The notes beneath the pieces were generated by a model, which was not told where the DNA came from, made no database searches, and saw only the letters and a list, made by a program, of their open reading frames with translations. Positions 50,090 to 62,671 of a DNA stretch of 64,000 bases are shown in pieces (position 1 is the first letter of the stretch; each line of letters begins with the position of its first letter). The stretch comes from Marsupella aquatica (taxonomy: Eukaryota; Plantae; Marchantiophyta): positions 2,777,659 to 2,841,658 of the forward strand of contig OZ316895.1 in assembly GCA_973895155.1 (NCBI GenBank), given 5' to 3'. A program made the position numbers and the translations under genes.

Positions 50090-50377
50090 CTCTTCCTGTC
50101 CTCTGTCTCTGCTGTGTGGGTGTCTCTTTCGCTTGGAGCCTTTCACTTCTCATAAAATTTTGATTTGCAGCTCGTTGAGAACTTATTGGATTGCTCTGAG
50201 TTGCTGTGGGCTTGCTTCAGAATGGACCCAGTAAGTCCTCAGCTCCGAAGTCTTCAGGCAAAACCTAGGGCCAGTCAAGAAGATGGAACTGGGGTCGATG
50301 TTACCTTCCAACGAAGCAGCTCAAAATGATGACAGTACAAGGTGGAGGCAGAGCATGAGAGCGAGATACCAAGGGTT

Positions 50378-50385
50378 TAGGGTTT
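50378..50385 (-). promoter_or_regulatory. Telo-box (AAACCCTA) upstream of SBDS
   Basis: agggtttagggttt lies ~290 bp upstream of the SBDS ATG. Telo-boxes are typical of plant ribosome-biogenesis gene promoters. Confidence 0.45.
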
Positions 50386-51177
50386 TCTTACAAATATTTT
50401 CATTCATTCTGGAAGTTTCTTTCACACTTCCATAAACCCACTCACCCCGAATTGGGAGACCCCTTCAAAATAATTTCCAGTCACCCCAGTTTGCCCCCTA
50501 CCCCCTTGTGTGGCAAATAGGGGTAGGCAGGAGTAGTACACTTCCGCTGTGTCACCTGGGATTGAGGGGTGGAACCCTCTACCCTTTGCCACCCTCTTGC
50601 AAATTGAGGAGGGAGGGGGGCACTCCTCTACAGTAGATTGTCATCCTGTCATCCCCAGTTGTGACAATTGTGGAAGAAGGGGATGGAATTATGGAAAACA
50701 GCCTCTGGCACTCTTTATATATTTAGAGCATCCGCACCGGTGCTCTCCATCCTGCTTCTGGCTGGCATTTTGCAACATATGCCGGCGCGAAGCGTTTTTC
50801 TGGTTGCACCGGTGCTAGGCACGCCTAAACTTTTTGCCTATCGCAGCGCGCGAAGTTTTGCCAACCGGAATACTTATCTTTTTTCCAGGTCTGCATTCTC
50901 CTTTTGCCAGTGCTGGCAAAGTTCATCTACGATGCTGCTTGTGCCACATGTCAAGGTCCCAGGACTCCTACAACATTCCCCCACTTTTATGAACTTCGCG
51001 CCAGAGTCTACACATTCGAGTCCAGTCCTCTGCCAGTGCTTGTCGAGGTGCACTGTAGAGATTGTCATTGCAGAGTACACACGGTTTGCGCCAGCACGAA
51101 GCTTGTGGTCCCAACTCCCAATTTCTGAAGTACAGCGACAGTGCACAGAGATCGCGTGCATTGTGTGATCTGACGAC

Positions 51178-52125
51178 ATGGCCCAGCGAGGGAAGAACTT
51201 CAGTCCACCAGAATTAAAGCAACTCTGCTACTCATACTTGGAGATTTCTCAAGACCCATGTGTTGGGTCTGGGCAAAAGAGAGAGAATTTTTGGGAGCGC
51301 GTCGGGGAGCATTACGACAGAAATAAACCTCGAGGTCTTGAGAGTAGGACCGCAAAATCACTCGAGAGCAAGTGGGGTGATGTGCGAAAGGCCACAACTC
51401 GTTTTATTGGGTGCCACAAAAGTGTTGAAGATCTTGACATTTCTGGCACCAACAACGAGGACACATTGATCAAGGCGAAAGAACTGTACAAGACTCGACA
51501 TTCGAAGGGCAAGGAGTTTTCTTTTTCGGTGTGCTACGACATTCTCAAGGACTGCCCAAGGTGGATGTTGCCAGAAGACCAGATGTCAAAGGGAAATGGC
51601 AAACGGAAGCCAGTGGGGACACCAAGCAATGAGCAAGGAGAGTATACATGTCTCTCAGACGAGGGGGCAAACAATGTTCAATCTGAAGTAGAAATTGAGC
51701 AGAATGAGCAAGACAGCTCCCACGGAAATTCGACCAAGAGACCCCTTGGAAGCAAGCTTGCAAAAGAGAATGCCAAGAAAATGAAAGTTCATGAGGATGC
51801 TTTCAAGATGGCTGCCCAAGCTCAGAAGGTGATGATTGAAACAGGTGTGCAGTGTTTGAGGGTTCTGGAGAGCCAAACCTTCATGAATATGCTCACCATG
51901 CCAACTGAGCACCTTGACAGTGAGACGTTGGATTTTTTGACTTTGTGGAGGAAGGACCAGATGACCAAATTTAGAGATAGGATCTCTTTGGGGACCATTC
52001 CAGTACCCTCCCCATTGCCACCCAGGGCGTCTAGGAGTTCGCTTCCAACTCCACTGCCCAGCGATGAAGACTCTTCACCTCTAGATGAAATTGACCCTCC
52101 ATCGGACCCTCCATCCCCCCTGTAG
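51178..52125 (+). CDS. Harbinger ORF1 Myb/SANT-like DNA-binding protein with NAM-associated-like region, 315 aa
   Basis: RGKNFSPPELKQLCYSYLEISQDPCVGSGQKRENFWERV...RTAKSLESKW; F.FSVCYDILKDCPRW; KRPLGSKLAK. Intact ORF inside the TIRs. Confidence 0.9.
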   Translation: MAQRGKNFSPPELKQLCYSYLEISQDPCVGSGQKRENFWERVGEHYDRNKPRGLESRTAKSLESKWGDVRKATTRFIGCHKSVEDLDISGTNNEDTLIKAKELYKTRHSKGKEFSFSVCYDILKDCPRWMLPEDQMSKGNGKRKPVGTPSNEQGEYTCLSDEGANNVQSEVEIEQNEQDSSHGNSTKRPLGSKLAKENAKKMKVHEDAFKMAAQAQKVMIETGVQCLRVLESQTFMNMLTMPTEHLDSETLDFLTLWRKDQMTKFRDRISLGTIPVPSPLPPRASRSSLPTPLPSDEDSSPLDEIDPPSDPPSPL

Positions 52126-53183
52126 TTTGACATAATTGCTAGAGTATTTTACTTGTCACATTGCTTTATGTGTATGTACTCTTGAAAATTTGGAATTTAA
52201 TATAGTGGACATAGATTTCATAAATTGTGACTTCATTTGTTGGACTAGTCCAAAATTCGTGTCCAATTCAACTCGCGTGTACAAGGTCCTGTTTAGTACT
52301 GCAATAAAAGTCCTGTTTGGTATTGCAATGTCAGGGATTTATGGACTTGTCTCCCACGGTGCAGACCTCTGTATGCACATACATGTGATCTGATGTGAAC
52401 CCTGCAGAAATTAGTGTGACCTGATGTGGACACTCGTGTCTTGGGAAGCTCGCAAGGCCTGCAACTTACGTCTTATTTTGCCTAAAATTGTTTGAGCTTG
52501 CATTGTCTTCTACACATTTTGGAAGCTCGCATGTCTTTGTTCTGTAGCCGTAGACTCATTTTTTGGGTTGGGAGAGCTACTGATTCAGCCATCAAGGAAG
52601 CATGTCAACATCGAGCTCTGAAAGCTCAATTGCACATTCGAAGCCATGCCCCTCCATTGTCAAGCCCAGAGTGATTAAGACAACTCCAATTGCAAAAGGG
52701 AAGGCCCCACAGCAGGCGAGGCAACAGACCCCTAGAGTTCATTTTGTGTTGAATGAATGGGCAGCCAATTCATTTGAGCAAGCGCTCCTTCGCAGCATGG
52801 AAGACGAGGGTGACAATGAGGAAGACGATAAGCTTGACACTTGAGCAAAGCTTCAGGGTATGTACCATTTGTATCAATATTTGTTTCTGTACAAAATTGT
52901 CTCATTAAACTGTGAACATTGTGGGCTTATATTCAGTTTTGTTTCATGCAGAGATCCCCTTCCTATGAGCGAATGGACTGCCAATCATATGCTTTGTAGG
53001 ATTCAGCCTTCATCGCTAGGTAGCATTGAGACTCTGAAACATTTTCTGTACTAAGTTCAGGTTCAGAGATCTCAATTTTGTGGACACGAAGCTGAAATAA
53101 AATTGTAGCACTTTATTGCTCATTTTCTACACACGAAGTTCCCCTCGTATATTCTGGATGTACTATCTGAAATCTTTTGTAGA

Positions 53184-54509
53184 CTACTCCTCCAATCGAA
53201 TGTCACCCTTTTGCTTCCACAGATGTTCCATCAAGTCATTTCTGAGAGCATTCCAACTGCCTGCATTCTCGAGGTCTCTTGTGGCAGCTAGGTAGTCTCT
53301 CCATGGCATTCTTCCTCTCTGCACAGCCAATAAAGGACCAGCCTCAATTCTAAAATCTTCATGTTCCTCCCCTCTCTCGTCCTCAATAATCATGTTGTGA
53401 AGGACAATGCAAGCCATCAGAATTGTATGCACTCGCTCAAGATGCCAAGATCTTGCTGGTTGCCTCACGATTCCCCATCTGGCCTAAAGAACCCCAAACG
53501 CTCTCTCCACATCTTTTCTGGCAGCCTCTTGGCACTTGGCAAAAAAACACTTCTTTTGTGTTTGGGGCTTGTGAAAAGTTGTGACAAAACAGGACCACTT
53601 GGGATAAATGCCATCAACTAGAAGGTAAGCTCTCTTGTACTGTGTGCCATTGATGTCATAGTTCAGCTGCTCATAGTGTTGGTGCAATATGTCATTCACC
53701 AAAGGAGATTGGTCTAGTACATTTAAGTCATTGTTCCCGCCAGGCAAGCCAAAGAATGCATGCCAAATCCATAGTTCTTGATTTGCGATTGCTTCCAGGA
53801 CTATTGATTTGTTGCCATCTTTGTCTGTGAATTGCCCTTGCCAAGCCACAGGGCAATTTTTCCACTCATAGTGCATGCAATCTAGCGAAGCAAACATTCC
53901 AGGGAATCCTCTGCTCTCATTGATAGCCAACAATCGTAGGAAGTCACTTCTATCTGGCTTCCTCAAGTACTTCTCCTCGTACAGTTGCCGAATTGCCAAG
54001 CAAAACCTATACAAAGACTTCCTTGCTGTGGATTCTCCAAGTCTACAATACTCGTCTGTAGCATCTGCACCAATTCCAAATGCCAATTGCCGGAGAGCAG
54101 CTGTGATTTTCTGGAGACCAGATAGCCCAATTTTATTGGCAGCATCTCGCCTCTCCTGAAAGAAGTCGTCATGAGCACAAACTGCCTGGTGAATTTTCAG
54201 AAACAATCTTCTTGTCATCCTGAACCTACGTCTAAAATCCCTATTGTCATACGTACAATCCTTTGCAAAATAATCATCCCAGATTACTTGATGTCCCCGC
54301 TCTCTTTTTTGATCTTTATTGGGTCTCTTCCCAGGCACTGATCCACCGCCTCATTTGTGCTCCTTCTGCTTTATTGTACCGAGCCCTTGGAGAGACAAGG
54401 GGCCTGTCAATATGGCCTTCTCCCAAAATTCCTGTTCATCCTCCATTAAATTAAGCTCAGACTCGATTTGCAATTGCAAATTCTGTCTCCATGCTTCACG
54501 ACGGTCCAT
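53184..54509 (-). pseudogene. Harbinger DDE transposase (~441 codons) with two in-frame nonsense codons
   Basis: One frame from ATG 54509: FRRRFRM, RGFPGMFASLDCMHYEWKNCP, GGNNDLNVL, YLLVDGIYP, QEAARKDVERAFGVL*ARW, IMACIVLHNMIIEDE-like C-terminus. Stops TGA at 54351-54353 and TAG at 53484-53486. Confidence 0.94.
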
Positions 54510-57015
54510 GGGAGAAATCGTAGCTATCAAATTGAAACAATAATTTGATTGCAACCGCGCCCAAAAGCTTCAAAGGGCCGCAGGCTATGGAGGACGAGGA
54601 TGCTGGCGCTTGTTTGCCGTTGTCTTTCGTCAAAGTCTGCAGAGTTCGCGCTCCCGTGTTCTGGAGGTGTTCGAACCTGAGCTGCTTGGGTTCGAACATG
54701 GGTTCGAACATAGGTTAAGGGTTTTCAGGCGTTGTTTTACAAAGCACTAGTGCAATGCTGCTTGTGGCCCCCAACCAGGTAATGATGCAGGCCCGTTATC
54801 GGCTCACAAACTTTTACCTATTGCAGCGTCCGACCGCAAAACCGGTGCGGATGCTCTTATGGAGATGTCAGCTAACTAACCACTGCTTGAGGGCCTAGCT
54901 TGGGCAGCAAAGACTTTTCACTACATGCTAAAGTCTCAATAGGAATGTTCCTTGTCTAATGTGTCTAAGTGCAGGCTCCCGGAAAGGTGCCTCAAGCTTG
55001 CACAATCCACAGTATGCACTATGTTATAAGTGCACAGGATATGCTTTATGCACTTATCCATATTGCATGGTTGCACTACGTAATAAGTGTGTGGTAACTT
55101 GCTTATGCAGTTTCTCATATGTGCTGGCAGGCTACACATATTCTACTCCTCACATCCTTAGCCCACATACTACACGATTCTACTAGGTACTGCATGAAAC
55201 TACTTCATGTAATTTTGTTGCACTTATCAATAATTGCTTTTAAAGTATGCATTGCAGTTACTGATAAATGCATCTATACATTTGTACAGGGAATTGCACT
55301 TATGTACATTGAGTGACAGTAGACCTGCACTTATATATCTGCATTTTTTGGTGCATTTTCCAAAGGAACGCACTGTAATATTAGATGACTACACCACCAG
55401 CCTGCAGTTAACCACATAATGCACTTATACATGGTGCACTTAAGCTTAGTAGGCTGTAACTGATGTCCTTGGGGCTTTGCTTCGGGCAGCACAGACTTTG
55501 AATGGGTAAAGCCTCACAAGAAATGAAGCTGATACCTGTGGTTTGCTTTGCTAGACAGATGCCCCTTTAGACACCTTGTAGATCCTACATGTACCATTGA
55601 TGGCCAAGATCCATCAGCAATGACCGCCCTCAGCATTATCAATGTCCTAGGTTTCATTTCTTTGATCCAACCAGCCAAATACCCCTGTACGCACTGGAAG
55701 GGCTCCTCATCCCCATTTTCACATCTGAATATCAAAACTGTGTTACAAGAGAAATTATGGCCTTTGGCCACAGTGTACTAAACAGGTCATGAAATATAGA
55801 CTTCAATGGCGAATTATAGGTATAGATAGATAGATAGAACCCAAGCTAACCATAGGTAATCAAGTGTGGGGCCAACTAAAGTTAACTTGCAACAATTGAG
55901 AAACACACCAATTAGAGCCAATTTAGGAGGACTTATCTTGGCTCTCCATACATCTTGTGGCCCAAGTCTTTACTGCAAATTTGACCACAGTTCACTTAAG
56001 TTGACCTCAGTCACAAGACTGACTTGCTAACCATTACAATAACAAATGTAATTATAGACAAAAGTGTTGCAAAATTAATGTAATCAGTCTGAGTTCAATG
56101 AAGTAACTCGGAGAAAGATCGTCCGAAAAATATTCCTGTTTTGGACGAAGTATAGTTTAGACTTGTTAGAGCTAAAGGACTTCATTCTGAAAATTCTTTT
56201 CAAGTTGTTTTCAAGAAATTGGCTTTGCATAAAGTATTCGGATTTGAGGACGATTCAAATACGAATACCCTTCACTCGCTTTCTGTGACCAATGCGTAAG
56301 GAACATCTCCGTTTCATTCCGTAAGTAGAACTATCGTGTAGTTCAAGCCCAGAAATGAGAGCTCAAGTTTTGCAGATTCGAAGGAAATCTCTTCAGGAAA
56401 TCGCGCTGGTGGCTTTCTCGTTGCCAGGCAGTCTTCCGTGTTCTTGGGAGTTTTTTGTGCATGCCTGCTCCATCGTAACAGAAAAAGTTGCTCACAAAAT
56501 TGAAGCAGATGCTCAATCTATAAAGTGAATAACAAGAGGAAGTCGCCGCTGTTTGGCATTCTTTAGAAATACTGTAAATACTACAATAGTAAGTACGACT
56601 CTGGAAACCTATGCTCTTAGGAGCTTTCCCTTAGACTGCTCATGATTGCCTCATCCCAGCTTACAAGGTCACGTCTGGAAAAATAGCCTGTTCATAATCA
56701 GAAAGGGTATTACACAGCAGCTTAGAGACAGAACGGTATCATGACCAGGCTGAGGGAAGACAAGTGATGAAACTGTCTTCAGTGCTGAATAATTTCTGCG
56801 ATGGTGCCACACAAACAAAAGGAGTTCTCTAAATATTCCAGTCCTAGAAGAGGTTGTCTTGAGGCTAATAGGCGAAAATGTCAATAAAAGGCACGACCAT
56901 ACAATTGTTCCACATTACAATCTTTAGTCAGACGTTATGAAGGAGAACATCTCAGAAATTATGAAAGATAATTGAATTATTTACAGCTGCTAGGATAGCA
57001 TCCTTGACAAGAACA

Positions 57016-60000
57016 TCATATCGATGACAATTCGGGTTCACTGGTGGCTGGGCGGTAGGCAATGAATGCTCCGTCATTTGAAAAGGAGCCAGGACTGAAA
57101 CTTGTCACTCCTGCATATCTGAATACTTTCTGTTCTAAGCGGTCTGCGAGTACAATCTGCAAAACATGAATCCACCATTTTCCACTTAACAGAGAGGCAC
57201 TGAAACAACTAGACATTCAAGTAAGTAAACCCTCGGCAAGATTCACCACCAAGGAACTCTGGCAGGAATCTGATCAGGAATAAGACTGACAATTTTCTCA
57301 ATCCCTTGTTGAATGTGGTTTTAGCATTAACTAGGTTGGGTCAAATACTTTGTTCCATGGAATATCCATCAGTTTTTAGCAGATGATAGTTGTTCGAGAC
57401 TGCAAACACCCGAGATTTCTGGAAGAAAAGTTACGTGGAAGAGATTAGAGGCATACCGTTTGAGGTGTGGGATAAAGTCGAAGAGAATGATCATATAGCC
57501 AACTGGTTGGCTGCACAGTCAGTGGCAGGGGGCACAAATGGCTTTGGTGGGTAACCGTAGCTACAAGCTGCACCAACGCACATCAACCGAATCTTAGACA
57601 AAAGGAGACAAGGAATCTGCCCCCGGAAGGCTCACTAAGGTCTGACATTCAAGCATTTTCTAATTCACATTTTCCTTCGTTAAAAAGGTTGTGAAAAACT
57701 ACTCGGCAGAGAGCAACATCAAAGCAAGCCAGCATATGATATTCATGGGCATTTCAGGACAGAATCCACACATACATGCACTTGAGGATGAGACAACCAA
57801 TGCATGATGCACCAAATCGTGACAGAAATACAACATCCAGATTGCAAGTTTTCTTTGCTCTCCGATGGTTGTGTAGAGATTAAAAGGAACATACATGCTC
57901 AAAGGGGTCTTTGGTTTCCTCCTCGGATGGAGTAATGATACAGCTCCGCCGCATCCGGTAGATAAGATCCTCCCTGATGAGTACTATCTCCTGTGAATAG
58001 AAACGAATCCTGAAGGTCCCACAACAAAAAACTCTATCAAAACGGTTTTCTTGATGGATGTGGAAAATTCCACGAGCATGAAGCATGGAACTGCAAAGCT
58101 AAATTTATCTTGACTTTCTGTCTGCCGACAATTTGTTCCGTCAACTGAGACAAGTCAGGATGACAGCTTAGGAGTACTAACAGCACCTGCAAGGATTACT
58201 TCCAAACTCTGCATTTGGGATGTATTTCAAAATCTCGTCTGTAAAATACTTTGGGAGAGGCGGTCGAGGAAGTACATTTGCTGGACCTGTTGTTAAAACT
58301 CAAGAGGAAAACAATTGAGTTTCCTTTAGAATGTGAATGCAGCATTTCGGGCCTTGACGTGGACTCGTTGAAAGAAAAATGGAAGACATGCAGCACTCCA
58401 TAATTAATGATGACACCTAGCTGATCTTTAAAGTATTCAGAAAGCAGAATAAAGATCGAACAACATTGAGCAGTCATCGCGACCTCGCCTTGAGTGTATG
58501 TGTACTAGACTTTGACTTACCGACGTCTTCAGGACCTGGAATAAACAAGAAACGGCTGGTTTGTTTGATGCGAGGACACTCACTTATCATTGAACCCAAC
58601 CTGCCAAAGTGAGACCTGCAGCTCACACCGAACGGACAACTCACTACTTCTGTACACGAGAACACTAAAGAGAGCCTCCTCTTCACAGCTTAAGTTTACA
58701 ACTACCTATCCCAATAAGTTCCAATTACAACGTAGTGTTGTGTTGAGGCAGTACGGCATGTGTGAGCTTTTACTGTGGAGCTCCATAGAAGGAGAAAGTA
58801 ATAGATTGTAGAGACCAAGACAGTTCTTTTACCAGCTCATAATATGTTGCAATTCTCACTCGTAAAGTATCCTGAAACCTTATAGTCAATAACACTGGAT
58901 AGCAGTCTAGTGTTCATTCGGGCAAGTGCGAAGATCACCTGAGCTCCGAAAAACGATTGAAGGCAAGGTTGCAGGGATGAGAGCAAAAGTTGCCCATGAA
59001 TATGAACAAAGAGGGCACCACGTCCACTTGCTCATACCCATTCAACACTTGGGACAGCTTTTGCATGGTCTGCCCTACACCAGAGAGGCAAGACAGACAC
59101 AGGGTCCATCAGCAACCACAAATGTCTTTGCTGGATTACTCATCCCAAGTATTTTTTAGCACTTCTTTTAACTTCTACGTCATAGCTTACAGATTTCACT
59201 ACCATTCACTTGCAGGATAGTTCTGTATGTCCTGCATGTTCAGACAAATTCGCGATTTTCGAGAATTAAAAATAAGAGCATCCATTTATTCACTGGGGGG
59301 CGACATACCTCCTCGTCATCCAGCCAAATCTCAGATAGGATGACAAACATGTAATTGGTTGCGTTCTTCTCCCTCTGCTCCAATCTGGCCTACTGGAGGT
59401 TAAGAATTGCTCTCGTGCATTTCATATTCCATGTCGCAAGTGACAGCAAAACAAGCTACCTTCGTAAAAAACTTATAGATTGTTTTTCCTTGTTTCTATG
59501 TATGCCCATTTAGTGCAAGTAAATCTCTACAGTTCTTACTTCATGCAACTCTTCTTGTTTTAGCAGCAGACATCAACATCTGAGCTAAAATGATGAAGAT
59601 CTTAAAACAGTTATGACACAAACGGCAACGAAAGTTGGCCAGGAAATTCTGAGAGATAACAGAGACAGTACTCTACAGATGTTGTATCAGGCAGAAGGTT
59701 GACGTGCACACGAGCTGGTAAGACATTCTCTTTAAGATCCCCTCGATCTACTCAAGAAACAGTTCACTTTATCAATTCAGAAAACAGTGCTCAGAGGGCA
59801 AACGATCTGATATCAATTGCAGTCGTCACCCGCATTCGAAAAGGATGTGTAAAATGCAACCAGAATAAATGCTCTGGATTATTCATTTACTAGGACAATA
59901 CTCGACAGTACGTCCAAATTAGCTGACTCACGCATGCGTCATGTTGGTGGAAAGGATACAATTTCATCAAAGTTAAGCGCACCAGCACCAAAAAAATCAA

Positions 60001-62264
60001 GACCAGCTGTGACGGAGAGCGATAAACTCCTGCTTTCAAGAGGAGGAAAGCCCAATGTATGTATCTGAGAGACAACACCCCCGTCAGCAATTCTGTAATT
60101 TGGTTGGAAGCTGTTTGTGTCTATCACGCAAACATTTCAAAAATCAGTCTCCAAAATGAAGAGGTTTCTAGAAACGCGCTGAAGATTGCATAGTGAAGTT
60201 CAGTACAGAATACAAAACCTGACTGGTAGAATGAAATACCCACCTTGAAGACACCATTGGGTTGAAGGTCGCCTTCAGCAACAACGACACAATTTTCTGT
60301 GAAGAATCCTGTTGTGATTTTGTGCAAATTGAATGAAATTAAGGAGTTTTGCAAGTTATGAACGTAGATATTCTCCACACAGAAAGCACGGTTGTTGCAG
60401 TCAATGTACATTTGTTTTCATCACATATAGTACTGGCCCCCGTCAAATTGACTAATCAAGTTAGAGCTCGTTAAGAACTCGACATTCGCAGCGAGAGGGT
60501 GCTGACCACTATCGACCTAAACAAGCAATCATAAAACTTTCCATATGGAAGAGGATATTGCTTCAGAGAAATCGATCGGCACTGAAGCAGTGAGATCTTC
60601 AAGACAAAAGCGCCCGTCCTCAACCTGTGAGATTGTTCCCATCACCCACCGACGCCCTACACTTCCCAACAGCGACTGCAACGGGATCATCTGTCACATC
60701 CATTACACGAGTTGTTCAGTAACAAGATGAATAATGCATCGATTTACTCCAACTGTCCAAAGAACCTTCCTAACATCCCGTTTAAGAAGTTTAGGAGATC
60801 TGAATCGGAATCAATAGACACATTGTGTCTTCTGCCAGCATCTTCTTCCAGCAAAGCGACCGATATAAGGATTAGCCTGAAGTAATAACATATTGACTTC
60901 CTGTTAGTTGTACTTTAGGAAGGTCTGAATTCAGCGTTCAGTCAAGAGAATGGGGAATGGGGGGCAGATAAAGAAGGACAATGGCTGACTCGAATACTCT
61001 CTGGAGTAGATAAGGTCCTCGCATATTTCCCCCAGTTTAGCTGAATAAGTCTACTAATGCAAAAGAGTACTGAATTTTCCTTGCCGGAGTCCGCTGGCTC
61101 GACTGTTAGAGAGTCGATGACATCCAAGAAGCAGATAACAGTCACTTGCAATATTGTCTTGGCGATGATTATATCAGGCAGGTGAGAGCAAAGAGGTGAG
61201 TTGACTGACCTCACAAACACCGGTTCTCGAACCAGCCAAACCGAAAGCCGGTTTGGCAAAGTGCTTGTCACGAATAACTCTTTGTTGAAGTAACTGGAAG
61301 CGGTCTCGATACAAAGCTGCTTTAGATTGTGCTTCCCCGTGTATGGACTGCTTTTGTGTGTACCTGTGAGAGCAAAGCTTAATAAACACCGTCACCCACT
61401 TCACTCATCTAGTGTGATATCCTTTCCAAGACGGCAGCTGCTGACAAATTGCAAAGAAATTCACATGGACGCTTCTCGCAAAACCAGATTGCTCTGCTGA
61501 CTGTGAAGCCGTATTACGTCAAACCTACCGGTAGAAAGATTTGCGGACAGAATCATAGCAAAATCTGGGAACACTGAAAGCGTCAATAATGCAAAGCTGA
61601 TTTTGCTCGTTGATGAAATTGCCAGAGAGGGACGCCAAGACTTCCAGAATAGCATCCTTGCTAAGCATATTGCTTTTCACTGTCATGCCAAGAGACTCAG
61701 AAATCACAATGCTGCAAGAGAATTGGTCCGGTACCGAAATGGAGCATGAAGATGCCTTCTTGTCCGCTATAAGTAAGCCCCTCACAGTTCTCATGACAAG
61801 ATGATTCCAAAAATGCAGCGTGATTTGGGTTCTGTTTAAGCTAGAGGACCCAGCAGGAGCAGGGGACAGGAACTACTTCCACAAGGAGATGCTCCTCACT
61901 AAAGATGAGACCGGATGCGAATCGGCAGAATCAAAACAAACAGTCTTCATTTTGCAACATCAAATCTACAATTGCGGAAATCCGTTCTTCGCCGATACTG
62001 AAGTGCAACATTCAAAACTATTCCACCAGACAGTCAGCTCAGGAGGAAGCAAAAGCAATGAGGACAACGACACAACGAGAACTCACATGACACTTTGTCC
62101 ACTTCAGCCAGCACAAGATCCAGCTCTTCGTCGTCAGATGAATCCGACTCATCCAGGTGCTTGAGAACAGCCTTCACAGCATCCAGCGTGAGAGTAAGCC
62201 CACGCATTTTGAACTTCTGTTGCACCCTTTTCATCCGCATCTGCCTCTCCATTGCGCTCGCCAT
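57016..62264 (-). CDS. DPB2: DNA polymerase epsilon subunit B, 523 aa, 13 exons: 62087-62264, 61529-61679, 61210-61363, 60559-60690, 60244-60321, 59960-60064, 59309-59389, 58939-59069, 58521-58615, 58187-58286, 57895-58009, 57457-57567, 57016-57156
   Basis: Motifs [99 protein letters not shown]. The exon chain sums to 1572 nt in frame. Confidence 0.95.
59390..59959 (-). other. U12-type GT-AG intron in DPB2
   Basis: Donor GTATCCTTT at 59959, branch point TTCTTAAC ~10 nt before the acceptor TAG, no polypyrimidine tract. Joins FDEI|ARLE in frame. Confidence 0.88.
60322..60558 (-). other. U12-type (minor spliceosome) AT-AC intron in DPB2
   Basis: Donor ATATCCTC at 60558, branch point TCCTTAAT at 60345-60338, acceptor ...GCAC ending at 60322. 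Joins FSEA|KITT in frame. Confidence 0.9.
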
Positions 62265-62424
62265 CGTGCTGGGTTCTTCAGGCGGGCATTGTGTTCGGTG
62301 CACGGCACTGCTCACGGTGTTCTCAAAATTGATACATCCCAATCGATGGCAAGCTGCACCCGAACACAATGCCACTCCCAAATGACAGCACCCGGTCGAG
62401 AGAAAGGATTATTGTTTCGAAGCT

Positions 62425-62447
62425 GCGGGAATTTTGTTGGCGCCAAA
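62425..62447 (-). promoter_or_regulatory. Two E2F-binding motifs upstream of DPB2
   Basis: TTTGGCGC (62447-62440) and ATTCCCGC (62432-62425) fit WTTSSCSS, 160-185 bp upstream of the ATG of a replication gene. Confidence 0.65.
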
Positions 62448-62671
62448 ACAGCAGCCGGTGAGAGTCCCTGCGAATTATACGAAGGAGAAGTTTGCACAGG
62501 GAGTTTTCACAGCTCTAAGCTCATATGGGATTCCATTTCAAACGTTCGATATACTCTATACTCTAAAGTCTAGTTAAGAGAGCTTCATGGGATATAATTT
62601 GTATCTTATAATTAGATTAGAATGCCTCATAAAACGAGAGTTTGAGCTCTTTTAAAAAATAAAAAATTAAT

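Larger units (their letters stand above)
50726..54856. mobile_element. PIF/Harbinger DNA transposon, 4131 bp
   Basis: Perfect 16-bp TIRs GAGCATCCGCACCGGT (50726-50741; 54841-54856), TTA target-site duplication (50723-50725; 54857-54859), and convergent Myb/SANT and DDE transposase genes. Confidence 0.97.

Noticed and set aside
50668-51168. 166-aa ORF
   Set aside because: Spans the Harbinger insertion junction, has a non-ATG start and no motif. Judged a chance ORF.
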